Shown one piece after another: positions 10,300 through 18,749 of a stretch of DNA of 44,282 nt; positions within the stretch are counted from its first letter, which is position 1; every line of letters starts with the position of its first letter. The notes beneath the pieces are model-generated. The model did no database searches. It had not been told where the DNA came from and saw only the letters and a list, made by a program, of their open reading frames with translations. Source of the stretch: an uncultured Christensenellaceae bacterium (GTDB lineage Bacteria; Bacillota; Clostridia; Christensenellales; MGBC116941); contig CAJUEF010000001.1 of assembly GCA_910585035.1 (NCBI GenBank), forward strand, positions 81,846 to 126,127, read 5' to 3'. The position numbers were made by a program, and so were the translations under genes.

Positions 10300-10827
10300 A
10301 TGTCTAAAAAGAAAAATAAAAATAAATGGGTGGCAAAATCCATTGCGATAACTTTTGCTTTATCTTGCATATTCAGTGTAGGCGCTGAAATTTTAATGAA
10401 TATGAGCCCTACTTTTCTTGCTGTATTGGTTGTGCTTTTTATCATTTCTGTTGGAGTGGTTTTTGACATTATAGGAGTTGCTCTTGCGGCCGCCGATAAG
10501 CCGCGTTTTTATGCAATGGATTCAAAACGTGTGTATGCATCCAGGCAGTGTGTGTATATGGTTAAAAATGCAGATATTCTAAGTAACGTCTGCAACGATA
10601 TAATAGGAGATATCTGCGGCATTATAAGCGGCGCTTCAGGAGCTGTTATAGCCATAAGGCTTTCAACGGGAGAAAGCGCCAATGTATTAGCCGGAATTAT
10701 TGTAAGCGGAATAATTGCTGCTTTAACTGTTGGCGGAAAGGCATATGGAAAAAGTGTAGGTATGAAAAAAAGCAACGATATAGTCTTAATGGTTGGTAAA
10801 GGTCTTGCGTTTTTTGCAAGACGATAA
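10300..10827 (+). CDS. oapA: OLE-associated protein A (OapA), small multi-pass membrane protein
   Basis: The 175-aa product has a lysine-rich N-terminus and about four hydrophobic segments. A DIIG motif occurs twice (FDIIGVA and NDIIGDI). It lies directly between the OLE-like RNA and dxs. Confidence 0.75.
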   Translation: MSKKKNKNKWVAKSIAITFALSCIFSVGAEILMNMSPTFLAVLVVLFIISVGVVFDIIGVALAAADKPRFYAMDSKRVYASRQCVYMVKNADILSNVCNDIIGDICGIISGASGAVIAIRLSTGESANVLAGIIVSGIIAALTVGGKAYGKSVGMKKSNDIVLMVGKGLAFFARR

Positions 10828-10838
10828 CAGGTGATATA

Positions 10839-12695
10839 TTGAGTTATTTAGATGATATTAGCATTACAAAATTAAAAGGCATGAACAGAAATGAGCTGGA
10901 AAAGCTTGCAAAAGAAATAAGGCTTTTTCTTATTGATAAAGTGACAAGGACAGGCGGGCATTTAGCCAGCAACCTTGGCACTGTTGAGCTTACGCTTGCT
11001 CTTCATTATGTATTTGACAGCCCTTATGACAAGCTTTTGTTTGACGTTGGGCATCAGTCGTATACGCATAAAATTTTAACAGGCAGAAAAGACGGTTTTG
11101 ACAACCTAAGGCAGTATGGAGGGATATCAGGCTTTCCAAGACCTGATGAGAGTGAGCATGATATTTTTTCAATGGGACATGCCAGTAATGCAATTTCTGT
11201 AGCAGCGGGAATGGCAAAAATAAGAGACCTTAGAGAGCAAGATTATTCTATAGTTGCCGTTATCGGTGACGGGGCTTTATCAGGTGGAATGGCTATGGAA
11301 GCCATAAATGATGCAGGCTACAGCAAAAATAAAATAATAGTTGTGCTCAATGACAATGAAATGTCTATTGCAAAAAATGTTGGCGCAATGGCCGGTTTTC
11401 TTGGCAAAATGAGGACTATTAAAACTTACACCGCTTTTAAAAGAAGTATAAGCAATATTATAATTCGGATACCGTTAATTGGAAGGTATTTAAAAGAAAC
11501 CATATCCCGCATGAAAAACAGAATTAAGTATTTGCTTTTGCCCACGCATTTTATTGAAGAAATGGGATTTACTTATATTGGAATTTTAGATGGTCATGAT
11601 ATAGATTCTTTAATAGATTCTTTAAAGGATGCTAAGAATAGCGAAGTTTCAGTTTTACTTCACATAAAAACCGTAAAGGGCTGTGGCTGTGAAATGGCAG
11701 AAAAATTTCCTGAGGATTTTCACGGTGTTTCATCCAATCATTTTAGCAGGGAAAAAGGTGCAAAGCCTAGCAATGGCAAAATATTTGTAAATAAGCTTAT
11801 TGAAATGGCAAGGGCAGATTCAAAAATATGCGCCATAACTGCCGCAATGCCCCATGGAACAGAGCTGATACATTTTGAAGAAGAGTTTCCGGAAAGATTT
11901 ATGGATGTGGGTATTGCTGAGCAGCACGCAGTTACCCTGGCTGCAGGAATAGCCTGTGGCGGCGGGAAACCTTATTTTGGCGTGTATTCAACATTTTTGC
12001 AAAGGGCATACGACCAGATATTTCATGATGTGTGTTTGCAAAATCTGCCTGTTACACTGGTGATTGACAGGGCGGGTCTTGTTGGCAATGACGGTGAAAC
12101 TCACCACGGGGTATTTGACCTTAGTTATCTCCGTCCTCTTCCGGGGATGACAATTATGGCGCCGGCAACAGGAAAAGAGCTTGAGGAAATGCTGGAACTT
12201 TCACATGACATGAAAGGTCCTTGCGCTATTAGGTATTCCAAAGTAAATTTTGATTTGGATTATGATATGCCAACAGCTTTTGGGAAATGGAAAGTTTTAC
12301 GAGAAATAAAACCTGTAACTATTGTGGCTGTGGGAAATATGGTGAAAAAAGCTATAGCGGTAAGCGATGCTTTAAAGGAAAGTTATGGAATTGAACTTGG
12401 AGTTGTAAATGCTTGTTTTGTAAAGCCGATGGATGATGAAATGATAGAAAAATTGTCTGTATGTCAGCATATTTTTACTATTGAAGACAATGTTGTTAAA
12501 GGCGGATTTGGCAGCGGCTTACTTGAAGCTTTTGCAAAAATAAATTCTAAGACAATGGTTAGTATGTATGGCGTGCCGGACAGATTTATAACCCATGGCA
12601 ATGTTGATGAATTAATGAAAGAAATTGGCTTGGATACACAAGGTATTAAAAACAGGATTTTAGATGAACTGGAGATAAAACATGACGAGGCTTGA
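10839..12695 (+). CDS. dxs: 1-deoxy-D-xylulose-5-phosphate synthase
   Basis: Contains GGHLASNLGTVELTLALHYVF, DVGHQSYTHKILTGR and the ThDP motif GDGALSGGMAMEA...NDN, plus transketolase-like C-terminal domains. TTG start. Confidence 0.95.
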   Translation: MSYLDDISITKLKGMNRNELEKLAKEIRLFLIDKVTRTGGHLASNLGTVELTLALHYVFDSPYDKLLFDVGHQSYTHKILTGRKDGFDNLRQYGGISGFPRPDESEHDIFSMGHASNAISVAAGMAKIRDLREQDYSIVAVIGDGALSGGMAMEAINDAGYSKNKIIVVLNDNEMSIAKNVGAMAGFLGKMRTIKTYTAFKRSISNIIIRIPLIGRYLKETISRMKNRIKYLLLPTHFIEEMGFTYIGILDGHDIDSLIDSLKDAKNSEVSVLLHIKTVKGCGCEMAEKFPEDFHGVSSNHFSREKGAKPSNGKIFVNKLIEMARADSKICAITAAMPHGTELIHFEEEFPERFMDVGIAEQHAVTLAAGIACGGGKPYFGVYSTFLQRAYDQIFHDVCLQNLPVTLVIDRAGLVGNDGETHHGVFDLSYLRPLPGMTIMAPATGKELEEMLELSHDMKGPCAIRYSKVNFDLDYDMPTAFGKWKVLREIKPVTIVAVGNMVKKAIAVSDALKESYGIELGVVNACFVKPMDDEMIEKLSVCQHIFTIEDNVVKGGFGSGLLEAFAKINSKTMVSMYGVPDRFITHGNVDELMKEIGLDTQGIKNRILDELEIKHDEA

Positions 12696-13464
12696 TGTTT
12701 TCCTTGTTGAAAATGGGTATTTTGAATCGAGGGAAAAGGCGAAAACAGAAATAATGTGCGGGAATGTGCTTGTTGATGAAAAACGTCTTAAAGCTAGTGA
12801 CAAGGTTAAAGATGGATGCAATATCCGAATAATAAAACAAATGCCCTTTGTTTCAAGGGGCGGATATAAACTTGACAAGGCGATAAAGGTTTTTGATCTT
12901 GATTTTAATGGCGTAACGGCAATAGATATTGGCGCTTCGACAGGCGGTTTTACAGATGTGATGCTGCAAAATGGAGCAAAAAAGGTTTATTCAGTTGATG
13001 TAGGATACGGACAGCTCCATTATAAGCTTAGAAACGATAAACGTGTAGTGAGCATGGAGCGCTGTAATGCACGAAATCTTACAAACAAAGAGTTTTCTGA
13101 AAAAGCAGATTTTGTTACTATGGATGTTTCCTTTATATCTATACTATTAATCTTTCCGGTGCTTAAGGATGTTTTGAATGAACATGGAAAAGTGGTAGCC
13201 CTTATTAAGCCCCAGTTTGAAGCAGGCAGAGAGCAGGTTGGGAAAAACGGAGTTATAAGAGATAAAAAGGTGCATATACAGGTGATACACAATGTTATTG
13301 ACGGTGCGAAAAAAATCGGTCTTCATTGTGAGGGACTTGACTATTCTCCAATAAAAGGTCCTGAGGGAAATATAGAGTTTATTTCAATTTTTGGCTTTAA
13401 TGATGAAGGCTTTGAGCCGGATATTAATTTTGTGGTTGAAAACGCTCATAATAATAAATTTTAG
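12682..13464 (+). CDS. tlyA: TlyA family rRNA (cytidine-2'-O)-methyltransferase (hemolysin A-like)
   Basis: Has an N-terminal S4 domain (RLDVFLVENGYFESREKAK) and the FtsJ-like SAM motif DIGASTGGFTD. Overlaps the dxs stop by 14 nt. Confidence 0.9.
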   Translation: MTRLDVFLVENGYFESREKAKTEIMCGNVLVDEKRLKASDKVKDGCNIRIIKQMPFVSRGGYKLDKAIKVFDLDFNGVTAIDIGASTGGFTDVMLQNGAKKVYSVDVGYGQLHYKLRNDKRVVSMERCNARNLTNKEFSEKADFVTMDVSFISILLIFPVLKDVLNEHGKVVALIKPQFEAGREQVGKNGVIRDKKVHIQVIHNVIDGAKKIGLHCEGLDYSPIKGPEGNIEFISIFGFNDEGFEPDINFVVENAHNNKF

Positions 13465-13473
13465 TGGTGTTTA

Positions 13474-14289
13474 ATGAAAGTATTATTATTTGTAAATGTT
13501 AAAAAAGATAAGGATATGTCTCTTTCATCTGAAATAATTAATTGTATGAAGAAAAAGGACGTTGAATATAAGGTTTTTAAAGCTGACAGTGACCAGTCAA
13601 CCGTGTTGCTTTCAGATTTAAACAATATGGACGCTGTTATAGTTCTTGGAGGAGACGGAACTATGCTTCATGCAATTAGAGAGGTATCAAGAACAGGTAT
13701 TCCTGTTTTTGGAGTAAATATAGGACACCTTGGTTTTTTAACAGAGATAGATTACAAAAACTTTGCTAAAGCTCTGGATAAAATAATTGACCACGATTAT
13801 TATATTGAAGAACGTATGCTTCTTAAGACACACGATAGTAAAGAAATTGAGAGGCTGGCAGTTAATGATATATGTGTTATTAATCATGAGCCGGGGAAAA
13901 TTATTTCTCTTTCAGTTTTTGTAAACGGAAATTTTGTCGAAAGATTTTCAGGTGACGGCATAATTGTATCCAGTCCTACGGGATCTACGGGATATTCAAT
14001 GTCTGCCGGTGGACCTATTGTGTCACCTATGGCAAGCTGTATTATAGTTACTCCTATATGCGCTCACTCTCTCACATCAAAACCCTTGGTTTTATGCGAT
14101 ACAGATAAGATTAAGATAGAGGTGGAGGAGGATAAAAAGGGACTTGCCATTTTAGATGGACAAAGCAAAATAGATATTAATGATATATGTGTAGAAAAAA
14201 GCGATTACAAAGCAAAATTTATAAGATTTAAAGAGTATAATTTTTTTGATGTTTTATCAAAAAAGTTTAATAATAATATTGGTAAGTAA
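13474..14289 (+). CDS. nadK: NAD(+) kinase
   Basis: Contains the GGDGTML motif, NxGxLGFL, and the C-terminal PTGSTGYSMSAGGPIV block. Confidence 0.93.
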   Translation: MKVLLFVNVKKDKDMSLSSEIINCMKKKDVEYKVFKADSDQSTVLLSDLNNMDAVIVLGGDGTMLHAIREVSRTGIPVFGVNIGHLGFLTEIDYKNFAKALDKIIDHDYYIEERMLLKTHDSKEIERLAVNDICVINHEPGKIISLSVFVNGNFVERFSGDGIIVSSPTGSTGYSMSAGGPIVSPMASCIIVTPICAHSLTSKPLVLCDTDKIKIEVEEDKKGLAILDGQSKIDINDICVEKSDYKAKFIRFKEYNFFDVLSKKFNNNIGK

Positions 14290-14300
14290 GGGGGATGCTT

Positions 14301-14750
14301 ATGAAAACCAACAGGCACACGGTAATACTTGATATTATCAATTCTATGGATATTGATACTCAGGAAGAATTGGCTATTGAGCTTGCCAGACGCGGATTTA
14401 AGGTTACACAAGCAACTATTTCAAGGGATATTAAGGAGTTAAGACTTATAAAGGTTCTGGCTTCAAGCGGAAGCTATAAATATGCAACGGTTGACAGGGC
14501 TGAGGTTGCTCTCTTTGATAGGTATGTTAAAATTTTTGCCCAGTCTGTGCTGTCAATAATTCCATGTGGAAACCTTATTGTGCTTAAAACCATTTCGGGC
14601 AGCGCTAATGTGGCTGCAGAAGCGATTGATGCTCTTAAATGGTCTGAGGTTGCCGGCACAATCGCCGGGGATAACACCATATTTGTGTGTATTATAAATC
14701 AGGATAAGGTTTTGGAAATTGCGGAAAAATTCAAAGAATTGATAAGGTAG
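14301..14750 (+). CDS. argR: Arginine repressor ArgR/AhrC
   Basis: Has a winged-helix N-terminus (TQEELAIELARRGFKVTQATISRDIKEL) and a C-terminal oligomerisation domain with the GTIAGDNTIF motif. ATG 14301 is better spaced from the GGGGGA ribosome-binding site than ATG 14295. Confidence 0.9.
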   Translation: MKTNRHTVILDIINSMDIDTQEELAIELARRGFKVTQATISRDIKELRLIKVLASSGSYKYATVDRAEVALFDRYVKIFAQSVLSIIPCGNLIVLKTISGSANVAAEAIDALKWSEVAGTIAGDNTIFVCIINQDKVLEIAEKFKELIR

Positions 14751-14756
14751 ATTTAT

Positions 14757-16433
14757 ATGCTTTTGGCTTTAGATATTAAAGGCTTTGCGTTAATTGACAA
14801 GCTATATATTGAATTTGAAAATGGTCTTAATATAATTACCGGTGAAACAGGAGCCGGTAAATCTATCGTTGTGGATTCCATAAACTTTGTGCTTGGCTTA
14901 AAGTTTTCCAAAGATATTGTGAAAAAGGGAATGGAAAAGGCAGAGGTAAATGCTGTATTTGATTTATCCGATTCCCAAATACAATTTGTAAAGTCAATGG
15001 GCTTTGAATGCAATGAGAGCACTGTAAATGTTTTTAGGAGCATAAATCTTTCATCTAAATCTATATGCAGGTTTAACGGAAAAATTATTACGCTGTCTAA
15101 TTTAAGGCAGCTTTCCAGCGCATTTATGGAAGTTCATGGACAGCATGAAAATCAGGCTCTTTTTAATGAAGCTACGCATATTGATTTTTTAGATAGCTTC
15201 GTGTTTAAAGATGATTGCAGCTGTAAAAATGATTTTAATAAGGAATTCGCCGATTTTAGAGATTTTAGAAATAAAATAATAGATGATAAAATGGATGGCA
15301 AAACCATTCATACACATCTTAATCTTATTAAAGAGCAGCTAAAAGAATTTGAAATCCTCAGATGGCAAGAAGGGGAGGAACAGCAGTTAAAAGAGCAGGC
15401 AAAAGCCATGGAAAACATGGAGGCTGTTACAAAGAATTTAAATGTGTCATATAATTTGCTTTATGGCAGTGAAAACTGTGTTTATGAGCAGTTAGAGCAG
15501 GTTGTGGGCGCCCTGGAAAATATTAAGGATTTAAATGATACATACAAGCAGTTGTCTGAAAGAATTTCATCCTTATATTATGATCTGGAAGATATAGTTG
15601 AAGGGGTTAGGAGAGAAAAAAACAGCTTTGATTTTACTCCTGAAAAACTTGAAGAAATACAAAAGAGACTGTTTGAATTTTCCAGACTTAAAAAGAAATA
15701 TGCCAAAGATGAAAAAGAAATACTGGAGCATTTTAAAAAGCTTAAAGAGGAAGAAAATGAATTGGAATATAAGCTTTCTAATGCCAAAGAGTTAAGAGAG
15801 AAGCTTAAAGAGCTTTATAAAGCCGCTGTTGTAAGCGCTAAAAGATTATCTGCAATTCGCAAAAAAGGAGCCATTCCTTTGGAAAACGAGATTGTAAAGC
15901 ACTTAAATGATTTGGGAATGAAAAATGCTAATTTTAAGGTTGGATTTGAAGATAAAGACTTAAATTCAAAGGGTATAGATGCAGTGGAATTTTTATTTTG
16001 TGCTAATAAAGGACAAGACTTAAAGCCTCTTAACAAGGTTGCGTCCGGTGGTGAGATTTCACGGCTTATGCTGGCGCTGAAAAATGTTGATCTTAATTCT
16101 TCTCTTGCAGATGCAATGGTTTTTGATGAAATTGACACAGGAATAAGCGGCAAAATGGCTCAGGCTGTTGCCGTTAAGCTTGCAAATATTGCAGGAAAAA
16201 ACCAGGTTATATGTGTTACGCACTTGCCACAAGTTGCAGCTATGGGTGATGTTAATATATTTATATCCAAAACAGAAAAGGATTTGGATACTGTAATAAA
16301 AGCAGAGAGGCTTAATGGGGAAGGAAAGGTTGCTGAAGTAGCGCGCCTTATAAGCGGCAGTGATATTTCAAAGTCGGGAATTATGCATGCAAATCAGCTG
16401 ATAGATGAAAGTAAAGAATTTAAAAAAAGATAG
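14757..16433 (+). CDS. recN: DNA repair protein RecN
   Basis: Has an SMC-like N-terminal Walker A motif (ITGETGAGKSIVVDSI), a long coiled-coil, the ABC signature ASGGEISRLMLAL and the Walker B motif MVFDEIDTGISG. Confidence 0.95.
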   Translation: MLLALDIKGFALIDKLYIEFENGLNIITGETGAGKSIVVDSINFVLGLKFSKDIVKKGMEKAEVNAVFDLSDSQIQFVKSMGFECNESTVNVFRSINLSSKSICRFNGKIITLSNLRQLSSAFMEVHGQHENQALFNEATHIDFLDSFVFKDDCSCKNDFNKEFADFRDFRNKIIDDKMDGKTIHTHLNLIKEQLKEFEILRWQEGEEQQLKEQAKAMENMEAVTKNLNVSYNLLYGSENCVYEQLEQVVGALENIKDLNDTYKQLSERISSLYYDLEDIVEGVRREKNSFDFTPEKLEEIQKRLFEFSRLKKKYAKDEKEILEHFKKLKEEENELEYKLSNAKELREKLKELYKAAVVSAKRLSAIRKKGAIPLENEIVKHLNDLGMKNANFKVGFEDKDLNSKGIDAVEFLFCANKGQDLKPLNKVASGGEISRLMLALKNVDLNSSLADAMVFDEIDTGISGKMAQAVAVKLANIAGKNQVICVTHLPQVAAMGDVNIFISKTEKDLDTVIKAERLNGEGKVAEVARLISGSDISKSGIMHANQLIDESKEFKKR

Positions 16434-16445
16434 TTAATAATTTTA

Positions 16446-16700
16446 TTCTTCTTCTCTTTTAGAAAAAAGAGAAGAAGCAAGAGAAAACCAATGACGACAT
16501 AAGGGACTTTTTGAAATATATAAAAGCTACTTTCAAAAGGACATTATCGTTAAATAGCTTTTCCTTTTAACATTTAGAAAAAGAAGAAGCAGGAGAAAAC
16601 CAATGACAATATTAAAAGGCTTTTTAAAATTGTAAAAGGTTATTGTCAAAGAGGTTTTCTTTTTGTTTACTTTTTCTTTTTTAAAAGAAAAAGTAAAATA
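16446..16700. repeat. Degenerate tandem direct repeat (period about 112 bp) with homopyrimidine/homopurine hairpins
   Basis: The 25-nt cores at 16471-16495 and 16583-16607 are identical at 24 of 25 positions, and about 50 nt of looser similarity follows each. There are 13-bp hairpins at CTTCTTCTCTTTT/AAAAGAGAAGAAG (16448-16477) and TTTACTTTTTCTT/AAGAAAAAGTAAA (about 16666-16697). Confidence 0.7.
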
Positions 16701-16800
16701 TGTTTCAAATAAAAATTAAGAAAAATATAGCTCAAATTACAGAATAAAAATTTCTTTTTTTTATCACAATAATATCATCATATGATAGGTGGTTATTTTA

Positions 16801-18048
16801 ATGAAAAAGAAATTTTTAAATATTTGTGCAGCATTGTTTTTTGCTCTTGGAATATTTGTGCAGGCGTCAGGAATTGGAAATATTCCCGATACTTTAAATA
16901 TTTCTTATGGACAGAGCAAGTTATTAAAAATTGGAAGCTCTATATCATTAAGCCCTGCCAGTGAAAGTGTTCTTCAGCTATCCTCTGAAAACGGGGCGGA
17001 TAAAAACATTGAAATTGTTCCTAAACAAACGGGTGAAACTGAGCTTAATGTAAATGTTTTTGGTGTTAAGGTAAAAAGTGTAAAGGTCAATGTACACGGA
17101 CCAAGAGAGGTAATTGTTGGCGGACAGAGCATTGGGGTGGCCCTTTATACCAAGGGAGCCCTTATAGTCGGAACGTCTAATTTAAGAGATGAAAACGGGA
17201 ATACTGTAAATCCGGCAAAGGATGCGGGATTAAAATCCGGTGACGTAATTGAAAAGGTAAACGGAGTGGAGATAAAAGATGCGGACCACGTTATGTCAAT
17301 TATAAATAACGTAACGGTAAGCGGCGCCCCTGTTACTATAGATATATTAAGAGATGGACAAAGACAAAGCGTTGAGGTAACTCCAGTAAAAGATAATGCT
17401 GACGGAGCTTACAGAATGGGTATATGGGTGAGAGACAGTATGGCAGGTGTTGGCACAATGAGCTTTTACAATCCGGCAACCAAGAAATTTGCAAGTCTGG
17501 GACATGCCGTTTATGACAGTGATACAAATACCCTTCTTAATTTAAAGAGCGGTGAAATAGTTGAATCTGAAATATTTGGTATAAAACAAGGCCAGGAGGG
17601 CAGCCCCGGCGAATTGCAGGGCAGCTTTGATTCAAATAAACCGAAAATAGGCAGCATTGTTACAAACAATGATTTTGGAATTTACGGAGAATTATACAGT
17701 GAGCCTGAAAAAAGCGAATATAATAAAATTATGGAAACTGCGACAATTGACGAAACAACGGTGGGACCTGCGAAAATACTCACAACTATAGACGGCACCG
17801 GCGTTAAAGAATATGATATATATATAGAAAAACTGTCAAATCAAGAGTATCCAAGTACGAAGAGCATGGTTATTAAAGTAACGGATAAAGAATTGCTTGC
17901 AAAAACCGGAGGAATCATACAGGGTATGAGCGGCAGCCCGATAATACAAAACGGCAAGGTTGTCGGAGCTGTTACTCATGTTTTTGTAAATGATCCGACA
18001 AAGGGATACGGTCTTTATGCGCAATGGATGCTGGAGCAAATGGAATAG
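16801..18048 (+). CDS. spoIVB: Stage IV sporulation signalling serine peptidase SpoIVB (S55)
   Basis: Has a signal/anchor N-terminus, a PDZ domain (GLKSGDVIEKVNGVEI) and the S55 catalytic region with GMSGSPI. The recN-spoIVB-spo0A synteny supports the call. ATG 16801 follows a GGTGG ribosome-binding site. Confidence 0.9.
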   Translation: MKKKFLNICAALFFALGIFVQASGIGNIPDTLNISYGQSKLLKIGSSISLSPASESVLQLSSENGADKNIEIVPKQTGETELNVNVFGVKVKSVKVNVHGPREVIVGGQSIGVALYTKGALIVGTSNLRDENGNTVNPAKDAGLKSGDVIEKVNGVEIKDADHVMSIINNVTVSGAPVTIDILRDGQRQSVEVTPVKDNADGAYRMGIWVRDSMAGVGTMSFYNPATKKFASLGHAVYDSDTNTLLNLKSGEIVESEIFGIKQGQEGSPGELQGSFDSNKPKIGSIVTNNDFGIYGELYSEPEKSEYNKIMETATIDETTVGPAKILTTIDGTGVKEYDIYIEKLSNQEYPSTKSMVIKVTDKELLAKTGGIIQGMSGSPIIQNGKVVGAVTHVFVNDPTKGYGLYAQWMLEQME

Positions 18049-18059
18049 GCGGTATTTAT

Positions 18060-18683
18060 ATGATTGGTCTTTATATTGAGGATGAAGGGTTAAAAAGCGA
18101 GCTGGAAAAACGGCTTAAAAATACAGGGTGTTTTTTATGTAACGGATATAGTCCTAAGCTTGATTTAATTATAGTTCAGGGCAAGGATAAAGGGACAATG
18201 GACACACTTATTATGAGTGAAACCAATGTTATATTAATTGCTGAATGCGGCTCCGACCCCTATATAAATCTGTGTTATTATTCATTTATTAAGCCTTTAT
18301 GTACCCATACTTTGCTGACTTTAATAAAAGGTATGGATATTGAGGAAAAGGATTATTCCCATATCTCATCTGAGTTGTTTTTGGATTTAGGTGTTTCACC
18401 AGGCGTGAAAGGATATGGTTATTTAAAAGATGCGGTGAATTTGCACTTAAATCACGAGGATTATCAGATAAAGGATATTTATGAGCTTATTGGTTTATAT
18501 AGAAACACAGATGCTAAAAATGTGGAACGGAGCATAAGATATGCAATAGAGTCTGCTTTTGACAAATGCAGGATAGAGAGCCAGGAAAGAATTTTTAAAA
18601 ATTCAATAGACCCTCTTAAAGGAAAACCGACTAATATGGAACTTATCTACAGAGTTGGGGATTTTATAAAAATCGGGAAATAG
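18060..18683 (+). CDS. spo0A: Spo0A-like sporulation transcription factor with a degenerate, shortened receiver domain
   Basis: The C-terminal half matches the Spo0A DNA-binding domain (GVSPGVKGYGYLKDAV, NVERSIRYAIESAF, KGKPTNMELIYRVGDF). The N-terminal roughly 95 aa resemble a CheY fold, but DLIIVQ stands where Spo0A has DVLVLD. It occupies the syntenic spo0A position after spoIVB. Confidence 0.8.
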   Translation: MIGLYIEDEGLKSELEKRLKNTGCFLCNGYSPKLDLIIVQGKDKGTMDTLIMSETNVILIAECGSDPYINLCYYSFIKPLCTHTLLTLIKGMDIEEKDYSHISSELFLDLGVSPGVKGYGYLKDAVNLHLNHEDYQIKDIYELIGLYRNTDAKNVERSIRYAIESAFDKCRIESQERIFKNSIDPLKGKPTNMELIYRVGDFIKIGK

Positions 18684-18749
18684 AAAATAGAATATTTTAT
18701 TTTTAATCGTCATATCTAGTATTATATTGCTTGTTTAAAGGAGAACGGG

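Noticed and set aside
16603-16635. A 10-codon mini-ORF (MTILKGFLKL) with an AGGAG ribosome-binding site in the second copy of the recN-spoIVB repeat
   Set aside because: The paralogous copy at 16491-16502 is only 3 codons long, so the coding potential is not conserved even within the locus. I treat it as part of the repeat rather than as a gene.
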